A stretch of 63,999 nt of DNA, filler included, from Diploschistes diacapsis (GCA_023645945.1; 5 parts of 5 records of this genome joined end to end with filler, not necessarily neighbours in it), one strand, 5' to 3'. Counted from the first letter of the whole stretch, positions 13,203 to 26,377 are shown. The notes: generated by a model not told the origin, from the letters alone. Made by a program: numbers and translations.

Positions 13203-14703
13203 CCCCCACACTCTCCCCAAACACCATCCTCCCACCGTCCTCATACGTCCCCGCATACCGAAACACCCCCAGCAAATCCACCTCCCTTAGCGCCGCGGCG
13301 CTCACGGGGAGCGTCTGCACGGGTGAGCCCATACCCACCAGCATCACCTTCCCGCCCGGCCTCGTCGCGAAGATGCCGGCCTGCATGCAGCTTTCTGTGC
13401 CGGTGCATTCGAACGCTATGTCGACCTGGCCGACCCTCTCTTCCTCCTCCTTTCCCTCACCCTTACCCTCCATCTCCATTTCGCCACCGTCCCTCCTCCC
13501 AACCTCCCCTTTACGGCGCCAGGTTTCTCTAGGCAGCTCCACAATACAAGCCGCCACATCCCTCGCAGGATCCAACCTCCCCTCCACGCCCTGCCCCCTT
13601 TCCTGTTCCATCTCCTTCCCCTCGTCGTTTCTCCGGGCCACGACAAACCCCTGGTCCACGAAGCGCCGCTTCACGGCGAAATCTACGCGCGGGGCCGATA
13701 TGTCGGCGATGAGAACGTGCGAGCCGTGAGGGGGCAGGGCGTGGCGCAGGACGTATGCGCAGAGCAGGCCCACGGCGCCGGCGCCAAAGATGAGGATTGT
13801 TTTAGACTCGTGGGGGACTGCTGGGCGTGGGGTGGGTTGTTGCTGATACGGTTGTGCGCAGGGCGGGGAGGAGGGAGAGGACGAGAGATGGGAGGAAGGG
13901 ACCGAGGTTGGAGGCAAAAGGCCGGCGCGACGGACGGCGTGCAGGGCGACGGAGAGGGGCTCGAGGAGGGAGGCTTTCGTTAGGGTTTTTTGGAGGTGTG
14001 GGTTAGCGATGGGGAGAGAGGGGCCAGGTGCGGATCTGGAGGCAGAGCGGTCGGGCAGTTTGTGGCAGTAGTCCGCCGGGTGGTTGAGTGCCGTCTGCAG
14101 CGTGCCCTGGTAGTGCGGGAAGCTCTTGGCCGAGGAGCGGAAGCGGAGGCGGGGGCAGAGGTTGTACCTTCCGCGCCTCCCACCGCTTGGAACACTCACG
14201 CCATCAACACCGCCGTCGGTAGAAGCCCCGTTACCGATCCCGCGAAGCGCACCTTCTGGCACGGCGAGAGATGCGGGGCTGCAGTACTTGCAGTCGTTCC
14301 GCCCGCAGGGAACACCCACTTCCAGCGCTACCGCATCCCCAACCTTGAAAGCATCGGTGGAGACGGCAGAGCCCAGCGCGGCGACGATGCCGGACGCCTC
14401 GTGGCCTAAGATTAGCGGCTCGCGGACTTGGATGTCGCCGTTGCGGAGGTGCGTATAGTAGTGCAGGTCGGAACCGCAGAGACCGGTGTTGGTGACGCGT
14501 ATCTGGAGCTCGTGGGGGGAAGGGGGCGAGAGAGAGCGTGTTTCCTGGTACCAGGTTAGACGCGGGCAGGGAAGGGAAAAGATAGTCGGGAAAAAGAAAG
14601 GGCGATAGGAAAGTGAGAATGGCGGAAGGAAGAGGCGGGGATGTACAAGGCGTAGATCCTTAGGACCATGGAGAACGAGTGCTTGGATGGTTTGAGAAGC
14701 CAT
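13203..14703 (-). CDS. Zn-dependent polyol (sorbitol/xylitol) dehydrogenase, MDR family; 3' end cut by the contig end
   Basis: ATG 14703 MASQTIQALVLHGPKDLRL, in-frame intron 14646-14545, then TGLCGSDLHYY, LGHEASG, VALEVGVPC, YNLCP, LEPLSVA, FGAGAVG, FECTG, VGMG and VDLLGVFRYA. Confidence 0.9.
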
Positions 14704-17700
14704 TTGGAGGTATGTCGCCGCCGTAGTAGCTGCGTCTCTAGCATGTAAAGAATTAGCTTCGGGACAATCGAATACGCTCGCTCTTGTCTGATGACGAGAC
14801 GGGCGTATTTTCATAGAGCTATAAAAGACAATTGAGGAAAGTTTGATAAGCTCAACACAAATAATCTTGAATAAGCACAATGCGTCAAGTCGAAATGGCA
14901 GGTTCCTCCTAGCATACCAGGAGAGCAGTACCAAAATATCTTTTCAACGATGGCAAAAGAGAGAGAGAGAGATATCACGAGCAGCGTTTATGAGAAATGA
15001 TCATATTTGAAAATCAGGATTGTGCTTAAGCATCCAATCTTAGACTCTGCCACATTTTGAGTTCGTACTTGACGCTATGCTGATATTGAAGTATAGGGGC
15101 CTACAATTCGGCGTTCTTTGCATATGGGCTATCGTCTCGGTTACGACGAGCCAATACATTAGGAGGGATCGGGTTTCTTTGGAGAAAAGAAGTCCTTTTC
15201 CACAACGTATCATACTACATGTAGTAGACCGCAGATACTTGTCAAACTGCTTCATTGGAGAGCTTGATTCGGTAACCACATCCGCCGAACAACCCGTTAT
15301 CAGCGTGACTGATACACGCAGCTGACCACCTCCTCGTGATAGTATCAAAATCATTGAATTCCTTCCCCGTAGCCCCCAAGTGTTGGCCCACAAAGGAAGG
15401 TAAGTATTGCAAGGATGGACGCTCATGCACTTCATGACTCGGAATCTAGATGGAGAATGGAAATTGTAAAACAACCAGCAAGCGCATATTGTATCTGAAG
15501 CTGCAGAATGGTGCAAACGGTCACCAGCCTCTTCCTGGGCAATGCCCTTTGAAACCTTAGAAGCAATTTATACCTCCATCCCTTACTCTTATCCTGTCTC
15601 GTATGCCGTCAACGGCAGGACAGGCAGTTCTCAAGGAACAACAGGCTGCGAAGGAAAAACTGCTTGTCTCATCCGATCTCTTGCCCGACAATAAGAAAAG
15701 TAAGAATAGTCGGTTATGGTAAGAAAAGGGCAGTCGCATGCATGCGGCATCCCTTGCTCTGGATCCCAAACAAATGTAGCTCACAGACAGACGGCGACTA
15801 CAAAACAGCGACATTGGTCGGAGGGGGCAGGGCGAGCCGACTCTGACGCTCGAGATAGCAGTTGCAATCGAGGCGCCTCGCCTTCCCTTTTCCCTTGCAG
15901 AGCTTTGGCACGCATCATATGCGAGATGCATGTGCAACGAGTCATGTGCGTTTGGTTCCAAAAGATTCCGAGATTGCTGGAAGGGTGCGATAGTCGTGTC
16001 TCGGAGCTTAGACTATGGTTTAAGAATAGCAGCAAACAGAAAAAAAGCACAAGGCATCGAGAGAGAGAAGCGCGTCTGGGACGGAGAAAAAGGACAAGAA
16101 CGAAAATATTACCGGGTGTGTCAAATCAACTTTACCTCGCCACTGATGTTCTTATTACATATCTTTAGATCTACCCCAGACCTCTTCCTAAAGATATCTA
16201 AATAGAGCCCGTATTAGAGTGCTAGACAGCTGGAGAGCAAGTATTGTGTTAAGATGGGTCCAGTCCGATAGAATCTCCAAGTACGGCCCGTGGCCTTCGG
16301 TTGGGTCACTGTATAGCAAGCGCAACTGAAAAAAGCGTTGTTACACAGGCGAACATGGACCCGGATACCATTCGCCCTTAAGTCCCGAAGCACTTACCCG
16401 CGTCGATATATTTCTCCACAGACCAAGATCCAATATTCCCTGTGGATTATCTCGAGTTCGATAGCCGCATTGGGTGTGCTTGTGGAAACTGTCAGCTCGC
16501 AGCCTCCTCGAGATCGCCCACACGGCTATCCGCTCCTGTACACCCTCAATCTGGTCCGTGCGCTCTCGTTTCAAAGTTCTGGAGGGACAAATAGGTTTGA
16601 CACGAAGCTTCGCAGCGGTGGTTGTTACTCAAACGTCAACATCATTAAGGCCATGATCGGGCCCTCCGTCCTCGGGAAGCAACCGTGTGCGTGCGAGTGC
16701 GATGTCGGAAGCGCTGCGTGGACCCGGTTACACGGGGGGTCCCCGAGCCAGAGGAGTGCTCGTCTCACGAGACTCGAAATCCGGCCAGGTGAGAAAAACG
16801 GATGATGGGAGGCTGTGATACGTAGTGAGGACTGGGAAGCATTTGGTGAAGCCAGCAGCCATTGAGCTGCGTATCGTTCTGTCAGGTGAATGCAGCGGCC
16901 TGTAGTTGTTGACATTCCCATCAAAAAGTGTGCGAAGGTACCAAGACCCGACTAAGAGAAGGGTAGGAAGCTAGGAAATAAGAAAGATAGGAGCTTGGGC
17001 CCCGTGCATGTCGAAAACGGCCTGCATGCCGTCAGAACCTTGTTCAGGTCTCGAGATCAGTGTTGCTGCTGCTCGTTTTCGTGCAACCGGGAGCTCTCAC
17101 TGCAGGGACTTGAGATTCGTTTGTGCTTCGCGAGTCCAGAGGCCTGGGTACTTGACGCAGGGATGATTGTTGTGATCGAGAATGGAACGCAAGCTATCCA
17201 ACTTCGTAATTTGATCGAGTGGCTATTTCCGGCAGTAAAGGGGAAAAAAGTATAACCCAACAGTCAAACCCTGACCTGATGATCAACGTCCTCCTTACAT
17301 GCCTGACAAGCTGCTGGACAATTCGCCAGCAGCGGAAAACGGTCAACAAAGGGGGCCAGCGGTAGCACTTGATGCTGTACCAGTCGGTTCCACTCCCTTG
17401 GAATCCCACAAGACCACATTTTGAGATGATCACCTTGCAGCCATTATCCCAATATCCCAAACACAGACGGCCGGCGGTTGCATGCGTCCTGCACCCACGC
17501 GCAATTTTGGTGTACTCTTGTTCTCAGCTCACGAGTCTTTGATCCGGCGCAGTTTCGAAGCGCGCCATGGCCATTTTGTGCCTCGCACAAGTCAACTCGG
17601 CCGATCCATATATCAGTAGTACGTGTAGCCTGACTCCAAGTGTGATTGGACAGCGCTCCTAATCGGGATAGAGCTTTACGAATGGCAATTGCTAATTGTA

Positions 17701-20700
17701 TAACAGATATTCTGAGCTATTTTTCTGGCCGTGCGCTCGAAACGGGTGCATTGGAGATAGCTGTGTTCGAATAAATTCTCATAGTACAAGACTGATCAGA
17801 AAGCATTATTGTGAATCAGTCTGTACAGGCGGCAAATCAGACCCGGCTTTGTCTCATGCATGCTTCAGAGCATCTGCAAGAAAGGAGGTGGGATAAAAGT
17901 CAAATGGCTAAAAGACTCCAACGCTCTGCTCATCTGCTTTAATTCGACATCCGTAGAGGGTAGACATTACCAGAATAGGTATTTTGGAGGACGCATGCTG
18001 CTTGGCAGAAGATAGGGGCAACAACAGGGGGCCTGATTGACTTTTCCATAGAGATGACCCGATCGGATCCACCCATGAAACTCTCGAAGCCCCAAAGAGC
18101 AGTGCGCAGCAATTCTTCATAAGCGACGTTTGAAGTATTGGCCAAGGAAGAAGGACAGAAGTGCATGGCCCATGTGGCGGAGACGGCGATCGACAGCCGC
18201 AGCAGCGTTCACGGCGATGCAGACAAATTTTATGCAGACGATCGTTGGAAATCGAGACGCGGTTTCCGGTGATCGTCACACCACCACCCGCTGGTAGCTT
18301 TTTTGATAGTGGTAGATCATCGGCCGTCTCCACGAGGGAGAAGATCATGGGGCCTAGATGAAAGGCTACAGTCACGCAAGAGCGGCTATGCCCAACGGTT
18401 GACGTGCGGTGCTGGCCTTTCGAAACTGCTTGTCACTTGTCACTTTATACTTGGTATGTTCGTGAGCAATAGGTCATAGGTCATAGGTCATACATAGGTC
18501 AGATTGACATGTGCGGGGCCCGCTTGGTAGCAAGAATGCGGTGCTGCAGCAGCAGCAGCAGCAGCAGGGCAGATGTGTGGTCTCCTGTTACGGATTGAGT
18601 CTGATCCATATGGAGGAGGTGTGAGTGCTCTGTGAAAATTTAATGGGAAGTATATGCCCGTCTCTGGCCTGACGCCTATGCAAAAGATTCTTTTGTCGCT
18701 GTTTTTGAAGCCCCTTGATCAGTCATGTGCAAAGGTGAAGAAACTTTGAAAAAGATGGCAATCTTTACGAAGCTTATGCTATTCTGTAGGTGGTAAATAA
18801 TAGGCATGACTTGGTCGACCCCACATGCCCGATCGGTAGCTGGGGCTTTCTGCCCGGGTGGTGACGCAAAACAACAAAATAACTTAACTCTGTATATACA
18901 TACAATACATACATTCGTGTCATGAAAAAAAAAAAACACGTAATTCGCATGGCATTGACGCCTTTCATCCAATCGTTGGCCACACATTCATGCATTCATG
19001 CATTCATATCCACGCCACTCGATGCCATTCGACGCCATTTTTTGACGCCACTCGACGCCACTCGACGCCATCTCCCCCTCCCCTCCACCTTCATGCTTGA
19101 AAGCACATGGGAGAGCAGCGTGCCTTCAGTCCAAAGAAGGACCACTAGGCTCTGTCTGTACTGGTTAGTAGCTTGTATCGTAAACCTAACTAACCCAATT
19201 AAGAGCTGGTTGGTTTGTAACGCTGCAATGTAATTTGTAATTGGCTGTCACCCATCTCTTACAACATACCCATACCCATCCATACCCATCCCCCTCCACA
19301 CTCTGCCACCCGCCCTCTTTTCTCTTTCTCTTTCTCTCTCCTTCTCTTCCTCTTCCTCTTCCTCTTCCTCTTCTTCTTTGTGACATTGTGGAGGCATGAA
19401 AAGCCAACGGCCCACGCTTTGGCATTTTATGCGGGGCCATTCACTGCTCCAGTTAATTCAATAGACTGTTTGGAACTGTAGAGGGGGATGTGATATCCAG
19501 GCAACCACTTCCGAAGTAGAACCCGCTCTCACACTTGTCCACGATCGGCCCGTCGGCCCAGCTCAGCTCTGCCGCCCCTAAGACTCAAGAAGTGCGGAAT
19601 GAATCCCACGCTCAGCGAACCAGTATTTTGAAGCTGAAGCCTGCGACGAAAGGGTACTATTCCCAGAACGGGAAAGGTGGATGTGCTTGGGGATGGCACG
19701 AAGGCGTTGAACACGACGCTGCAAGAACAAAAAAGAATGCTCTCTCCGGCCCTGTCTCATATGTACTGGGTTGAAGGCCTCTCTCTCTCTCTGTACGAAG
19801 CATTCCGTACATGTGGCTATTCTGAGCCTGCCACCGCTCCAAGCGCTCATGAATAAGAGGCGTGGGTGGAGGAGGTAAATTCACTGGAATCTATGAGCAG
19901 CTCACGATCAATGGATGACTGAAAAGGTGCGGCAAGCCCCACGTGAAGAAGAGAGGCTTTTGAGACTAGGCCTACGGATGCACTGAGCACGTTGGGAATC
20001 ATGGCGGCTTTGCAGCACGGGGGGGCGGAGGATGCAAGATGCTAGCGCAGTGCTCGGAGTTAGTGGGTCAGCCAGCGCCAATGATAGGTTGTATGTAACT
20101 TGTATACGTTGCATTATGGGACCGTAGCACTCACTGCTCACTACTGCTTACTGCTCACTGCTAGCAAAAATGCAGCAGTGATGGGACGATCCGATACTCT
20201 CGCCGATAACGGGGCGTTCGTATATAAATAAAGTAAGCCGATAAGGTAGGCTGATAGCAAAGCGCCCTGCTTCGAATGCTACACTGCTGCTGCTAGTATC
20301 GCTTCAAAGGTCAGCACCCGTCTCGCCCGAATCTTGTTTGGTTTGCCTTGGGGACAATGCTGTGAGATCCAGGTATCTACACTACTGCAAAACTCACAGC
20401 GATTCGATGCGTACAAGGGCGGCGAGTGGAACGTTGCACCTGCGCATAACGATCAAGAAAAAAAGGATCCCGAGTCTTGGAGCCTTGTCCACATCGCTCG
20501 TGCTTCTACGAAACTCCCTTGAACCCAGTTCGTTCGGCGGGAGGATCTTGAGCTCGGCACCGCATCCATCTTCCAGGCACAAAGTACCATCCCTCCTGTT
20601 CCCTTCGGGCCTGCATCCTTAGCAGACTCGTCAAATGGAAAGCCAAGGGGGGGGCGAATGAGAGGAGAGACAGATGGAGGGTATAGGACATAGAAAGTTC

Positions 20701-20868
20701 CATAGGTGCTAAGGTCCCAAGGTAGCAGAGTAGGGTTGAATTGAATGGGCATGAGGGCCGAGCCCAAAGAGGGGATCCCTTGACGCTCTTCTTTACCCAA
20801 AGCGGGCTGCACTTCCTTCCCGTACGGGGTATTTCCCATAGAGAGCATAAGCATGCTGCATAGTAGAA

Positions 20869-20923
20869 AGGTAGGTAGGTAGGTAGGTAGGTAGGTAGGT
20901 AGGGTAGATAGATAGATAGATAG
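20869..20923 (+). repeat. Compound tetranucleotide microsatellite (AGGT)n(AGAT)n
   Basis: Directly visible tandem repeats. Confidence 0.9.
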
Positions 20924-21541
20924 GTGACCTTTTTCTAATTTTATACAGGTCACGGCCGTGTGGGTACAAAGTTCGTATCTTAGTTCAAATCCCTTGCCCA
21001 AGAAGGCTTGTGGGTCAAGTGTCGCTGATCTCAAGCGGGGGAAGACTTCAGAGGCTAAAAGAGCGTTGCCGCTAGAGGTGCAATGTGAGTGGCAAGCGTG
21101 GAAGGGAATGGAAGGGAAAGGGAAAAAAAGAGAAAACAAAGGGAGTATGGGATGATGGGAGTCAGAAGCGGATACAAAGTAGTTAGCTGCGTAAATTACA
21201 GGACTGAGACTGTTATATACGGTGCATGCACGCCACTGTATTGACAGGCTGTAGGCTGGCTGGGTGGGGAGCACAAGGGAGAAGTCAGCGATTTGAATGG
21301 GTGACGAGCCGTGATATTAGCCGAACGCAAGGAAAAAGATTTAGCCCCACCGCCCGCTGCCTTGCCGGGGTATATGGATCGTGGCCTTTAGCCCTTGTAT
21401 TATTGCTGTATTATTGCTGTATGATATCGTTTTATTTCCATTGGAATGCTCACTTGTCCGGCTTTCCCCTGGGTGCATTGTATTATTTCACTTTCCCACG
21501 TGAGGATGAGATGCGCATTGGTGACTGCGACTACTGGGGGG

Positions 21542-21700
21542 GTGACTGAGCACTGAGTGACTGAGCGACTGAGTACTGAGTGACTGACCCGTTTTCTCCC
21601 TCCCTCCCCCACGTGAGAAGCTAGTCTCTGGACTAACTCTATTCACAACCACCACCACCACCACCACCTCCACCTCCACCCACAACAACAACAATAACAA
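21542..21700 (+). repeat. Short GTGACTGAG/CACTGAG tandem repeats followed by (CCA)n/(CAA)n tracts upstream of the bHLH gene
   Basis: gtgactgagcactgagtgactgagcgactgagtactgagtgactga at 21542-21587; CCA/CAA tracts at about 21648-21700. Confidence 0.8.
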
Positions 21701-22970
21701 TAGTATAGATACTAAAACTGCTTGTTGATACATTTTATTTTCTTCCAGCCTTCTTTCTTCTGTCTACTACTGTCTACTACTACCACTCTTCAAACCTGCC
21801 TTACCAGTAGATATCCATTACTCGCTGCTCCGTCCTAACCTGACCTCTTGTTCCGTTGTTCTCCTTCTACTAACTAAAATCCTACCACACTTCTCCATCC
21901 ATTGCTTAGCCTTCTTAGCCTTTCGACTTCCTTTCCGCTCTTTGACTTACTTACGCATACCCACAACCTCAACCTCACCCTACCTTATCCACGTCTCTGC
22001 CACGCCTTTGGCTGGATACGGCCAGTCCCCAGTTTCCCCCCCCACCCAGTTCCGTGCCTGCCTCCCAGGCTATTTCTCACTTCAGTCTCTCACAGCCAGG
22101 CTGACCATCCACAAACCATCGTCAAAGAAGGCAGGAAAAAACGCACCAAGCCTTTCTTAGCCCACCCGCTGTCGGCACCCGCTTACTCTTTTTTTCGCTG
22201 CAACCCAGGAGTCACGCTTACTTACTCACTTGTCTCCCATCCTCGAACTTCTTCCTTCGCCTTTCTCCGATTCTGAATTGGGCCACACACCGTGACCTCG
22301 ATTCCTATCGTCGGTGTTGGACTTGAGATCCTCGACTGTTTCTCTCCATCTTTTGGTCAATTCCGTTTCTTCCGCATCCGAGCCTCGTAAGCATTGGGTA
22401 GCCCGGACATTGGATCTCGCGAAGCTGCTCCTGAACCTTACGCTGCACTGGTCGTTGATACCGTGTTCTGCGAGCATTGAGCTTCGTTGGCTACTTGATA
22501 AACTACGGGCTCGCATTGGTTATTTGAAAGAGGTGGTTGATCGGTTCGGCGTGGCCATTGAAAGGGTCGGCGCGCAGGAGGAAAATACTCGAAGGGACGT
22601 TCGCAACCCTGACTCGGATCGCTGCTTAAATATTGTGGAAGATCAAAGAAAGGGTTCGATTGCTGGATCCGAGTCCCTCGATCCACGTCGTCTTCGGCCG
22701 AGAACCTCTTCACGGCTTCGCAGCAAAGCGATCTGTGTTTCACGAGATTGGAAGCCTCCCGGAGCAGCCAGCTTGGCGCAAGCACATTCGAGGTTGCACG
22801 AAGCGTTTCTATTGACAGCGGCAGTGAGCGCTTGGACACTCCCTTGCGGGACAGCTATCCGTTGGCACTTGAGGCTTTCCATAAAAGGTTGAACGAGGTT
22901 CACTTGCCGACTGAGGGAGACCTCCAAGAACACCTGTCCAAGTGGATCAAGGACGCATCAATCGGTAAAC

Positions 22971-24729
22971 ATGGCAACAGCAACATCGCAACGGCCGTGG
23001 GAGATGGGCAATCCGACCTCAGCCCAAAATGTCACCCCCAAAGGGCAATTACCATCTATTGCTGCTCTGACAAATGATATTCCTGCCGGTTCCAGCGGTC
23101 TCCCATCTCCAGCAAGCACGGGCGAGCGTCACTCGGGTGCCTGGTCTTCGCAGCCTCAGAGCACTCGTATGTGATGTCCCCAAGAAATCTGTTGGATGGT
23201 GACTGACCAAGAACACAGGTTCCTCTGCTTACTCCACAAACACGAGCAGCTACACCTTCTCTTCGAATACGAACTCTTATTACATGTCGCCGAACCGCGC
23301 ATCGGCCTTGTCTGCGTCGAGCCATCTTGGCACGACCTCGCACCCCAGTGGTGACTATTCAATTCCTCCTGCCGCCTCGTCTGCCCTCGGCTCGCCCAGC
23401 TACGCTACGGGCTCAAATCTCTTACCCTCGATCAACAAATCGCACGAGCCCGATCGCCACAGCCAGAGCGACTTTCCACCACAGGAGTCCCGTCGCAGCA
23501 GCATCGGCAGTCAAGTGAACCAAGGCATGGGCAACCTGCAGATCAATGGGACCAACTCCCCGTACACGGCGAACGGGAGCGTGAACCACTCTTCGACGTC
23601 GTTGGCCCAGAATCTTTCACGAGAGCGTGGTATGTCCGGGCCTCATACTCTGCGATCCTCTCGATCAACAGCCGCGCTGCCGATGTCTCCTCCATCTCCG
23701 AACTCGGAATCACGCGCACCATTCTCGCGCGTTGCGCCTCCCATCGGTCGCAATCCGGAATATCGCACAGCACACAACCACGAACCCATTCCGGGTCAGG
23801 CGTATGCCTTCCCGGACATACTGGATATGGAGCCCGGGGCACTTCCCCCCAAGTCGAGCTCCCGTCATAACGTGAGCACGCTCGGTCACGTCAGCGAAGA
23901 CAGGGAAAGGGAGAGAGAATCAAGCGTTTTCTCGCGCCGTGACAGCGGCCACCAATCGATCAGCAGCAGCATCATAACCTCGGATTCACACCTGCCCCCT
24001 GGCCAGCGTCGCCTGGAAGAGAGTCAGTTGTGTCCTACCTACGTTTCGCTATGGAGTGCTGATCCGATGTAGATAACATGCTTGGCACACACCATCATAC
24101 TCTCCAACAGAACCAAATGAGTAAGCTTAACGAGGATGAAGCCATGACTCCGGAAGAGGGTGCACAGCCTTACAGCCGAACTCCAGCGCTACGGGTCAGT
24201 CACAAGATGGCGGAGCGAAAGAGGAGAAGCGAAATGAAGGACCTCTTTGAGAACCTCCGCTCTCAGATCCCATCCAACCAAGGCTCAAAGTCCAGCAAGT
24301 GGGAGATCTTGACCAAGGGTGAGTTTTGGCGGGCCGGCCCCATCCCACATGCCCCCCCCTTGCTAACTTTGCACAGCATCCGATTACATCAAGCAGCTCG
24401 AAAACGTAGCGTCGAACAACCATGTTGCAGAGAAGCAGCTTCGGCTAGCCTGCCACGATCTCGACTTGACCAGGCGCGATGCCGACGGCCTACGCAACGA
24501 GAACCAGAGGCTGATGCAGGAACTTCAGATGCTTCGGCAACAACAGCAGTCCGCGCCACCGTCCCAATCGAGCTCGATGTATGGGACGCCGCAGCATTAC
24601 GTCCCCCCACCACCTCCTCCTCCACCATCGGCGCCCATGCAGGACCCCGGTCGTTCTTTGCCACCGCTGACCAGCAACGGCACTAATTCTTCTTCGATGC
24701 AAGGCATCCAATACACTCACGATCGATGA
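22971..24729 (+). CDS. bHLH transcription factor, Esc1/Hpa3-type; exons 22971-23166, 23219-24022, 24073-24318, 24377-24729
   Basis: [35 protein letters not shown]...[19 protein letters not shown] is an Esc1-family bHLH domain. N-terminal LPSI motif. Three GT-AG introns with branch sites restore the frame. Confidence 0.9.
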
Positions 24730-26277
24730 TCGGCAACTCGAACACTGAGTTGTTCCGATGAATCCCTTTACGATCTATTGACGTCTTACCATTGCTGTAC
24801 ACCCTGACGATATTTTCCTAATATCGAATTTTTTTTTTATGTTGCGTCGGGTAAGAGAGCGAAGAGGAACGACTGGCGGTGTGCAGTCGAGGTTTTCGTA
24901 ATAACAGCGATCCGGCAATCCGCCCACTGTTCGAGTCTCAAAGGACCGTCCTCCCAGGAGAGGCCATATTTTTCATTCTGCGCTTGACGCATTTTGGATA
25001 CCCACTTTATCGATGCTTTTACCTTCCCTATTCTCGCCTTCGTATCGCCAACCGATTATATATTTAACGCCCGTCATGCGTCTTTGTAATAACGCGTATC
25101 ACCAAACCGGGGCCGGTTGTTATTGCGGAACCCATTGTTACCTCATAGAGTCATTATTCTGTATCCGATTAGGCTTGGAGTAAGCGAATCAGGTGTTGCG
25201 CGGCGCGCTTAGCCACATCGTGACAGGGGTTTACGATGCGTCTTCGAAGTGGTGGAGAAGTTAGGATCCTGGTTGCAAGATGGAGAAGGAGGAGTGTTTT
25301 GGAAGTCATTTGACTGCATCAAGCGTTGTACAGCTAGAGTGGAGGGGATCAAAGGTTGGGACTAGAAGTACACTCGATATGGTTTACCTGGAGAGGTTCT
25401 GTATGCGAGCGACAAGTCAGGGGGATTGAGCGTCCTTGTTGAGGGCCTCCAGGGCTCCGAGTGATGGGACCTTCAAGGTCGAAGGAGTCGTCTGCTGCTG
25501 GCTCATGGCTCGCCATGTCCCGGTAGGTAGATTAGCTAGCTCCCTGCCACCGGCATGTTTGATATGCAGGGTAGGGTGATTGGATTGAATCAAAATTAAG
25601 TCTAAGACTTGTCTCTCAACATCTTTAAGCGCTCTGCAGATGCACGTGTATGGCCTCTGCTAATTGCTAGTTATAAGCTACCGAGTTCAGCATTCAAACC
25701 GTTGATTGGAGATACGCCCTGCAGATGTCGTACAAGTGAATCGCTTTGAAACCGAGCGGGCGGGCGACCGTTATCGCCGACCCAACCTTCGCCGGCGACA
25801 ATATCGGCTATAGAGTACCCGTGGATTTCGGCTTTCCGGACTTATCCCATATGCTGGCGTCTGGTCCTCCTCACTCATCCAGATCCTGTCGAGATACGTC
25901 CACCAATTGGCGTGCTTTCTCGTCTCGGATATTGCTTGGTGTGGATGACTCACGGGTTGCTATATCAGTTCCAAGTGATCTCTCCCCTGGATCCCCAGGC
26001 CCTTCTCTTATCTTACAATTGCTGCCTATGGATGTTGTTCGCATGGGCAAACATAAGAAGCTGGTTGGCTGGTTACGTGTACTGATTCGAGGTTCATGTT
26101 GCTGGACGCTTGGTTCTAGCTCCATACCTATCTATACCTAGTATAGTCTCTTGCAGCTCCTGTTCTCGTTCATCTTCAATCCCATCCTCTGGGCCACCGA
26201 ACATCCCCCTTCCTTCTCCATATTGAAACTCCTCCCTCCACCGTCACATCGCCCCTTCTAACCAGACTCACCCGGCC

Positions 26278-26377
26278 NNNNNNNNNNNNNNNNNNNNNNN
26301 NNNNNNNNNNNNNNNNNNNNNTTAATTAATTAANNNNNNNNNNNNNNNNNNNNNNNNNNNNNNNNNNNNNNNNNNNN
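26278..26377. other. Artificial contig-joining spacer
   Basis: 44 N + TTAATTAATTAA + 44 N. Confidence 0.99.

Noticed and set aside
14704..14934. N-terminal 77 aa of the 595-aa ORF, and similar extensions on EMW1, DLT1 and MTO1 ORFs
   Set aside because: They arise from TTG/GTG starts or intron read-through in the ORF track. Homology begins at the ATGs given in the features.
15040..18400. Many 60-160 aa ORFs, with a faint impression of a decayed NACHT/ankyrin-like gene near 15300-15700
   Set aside because: No recognisable motif or consistent exon structure; cannot be supported without BLASTX.
19010..21600. Short tandem arrays as CRISPR-like or telomeric repeats
   Set aside because: No constant repeat with unique spacers, no TTAGGG arrays, eukaryotic context; these are simple slippage repeats.
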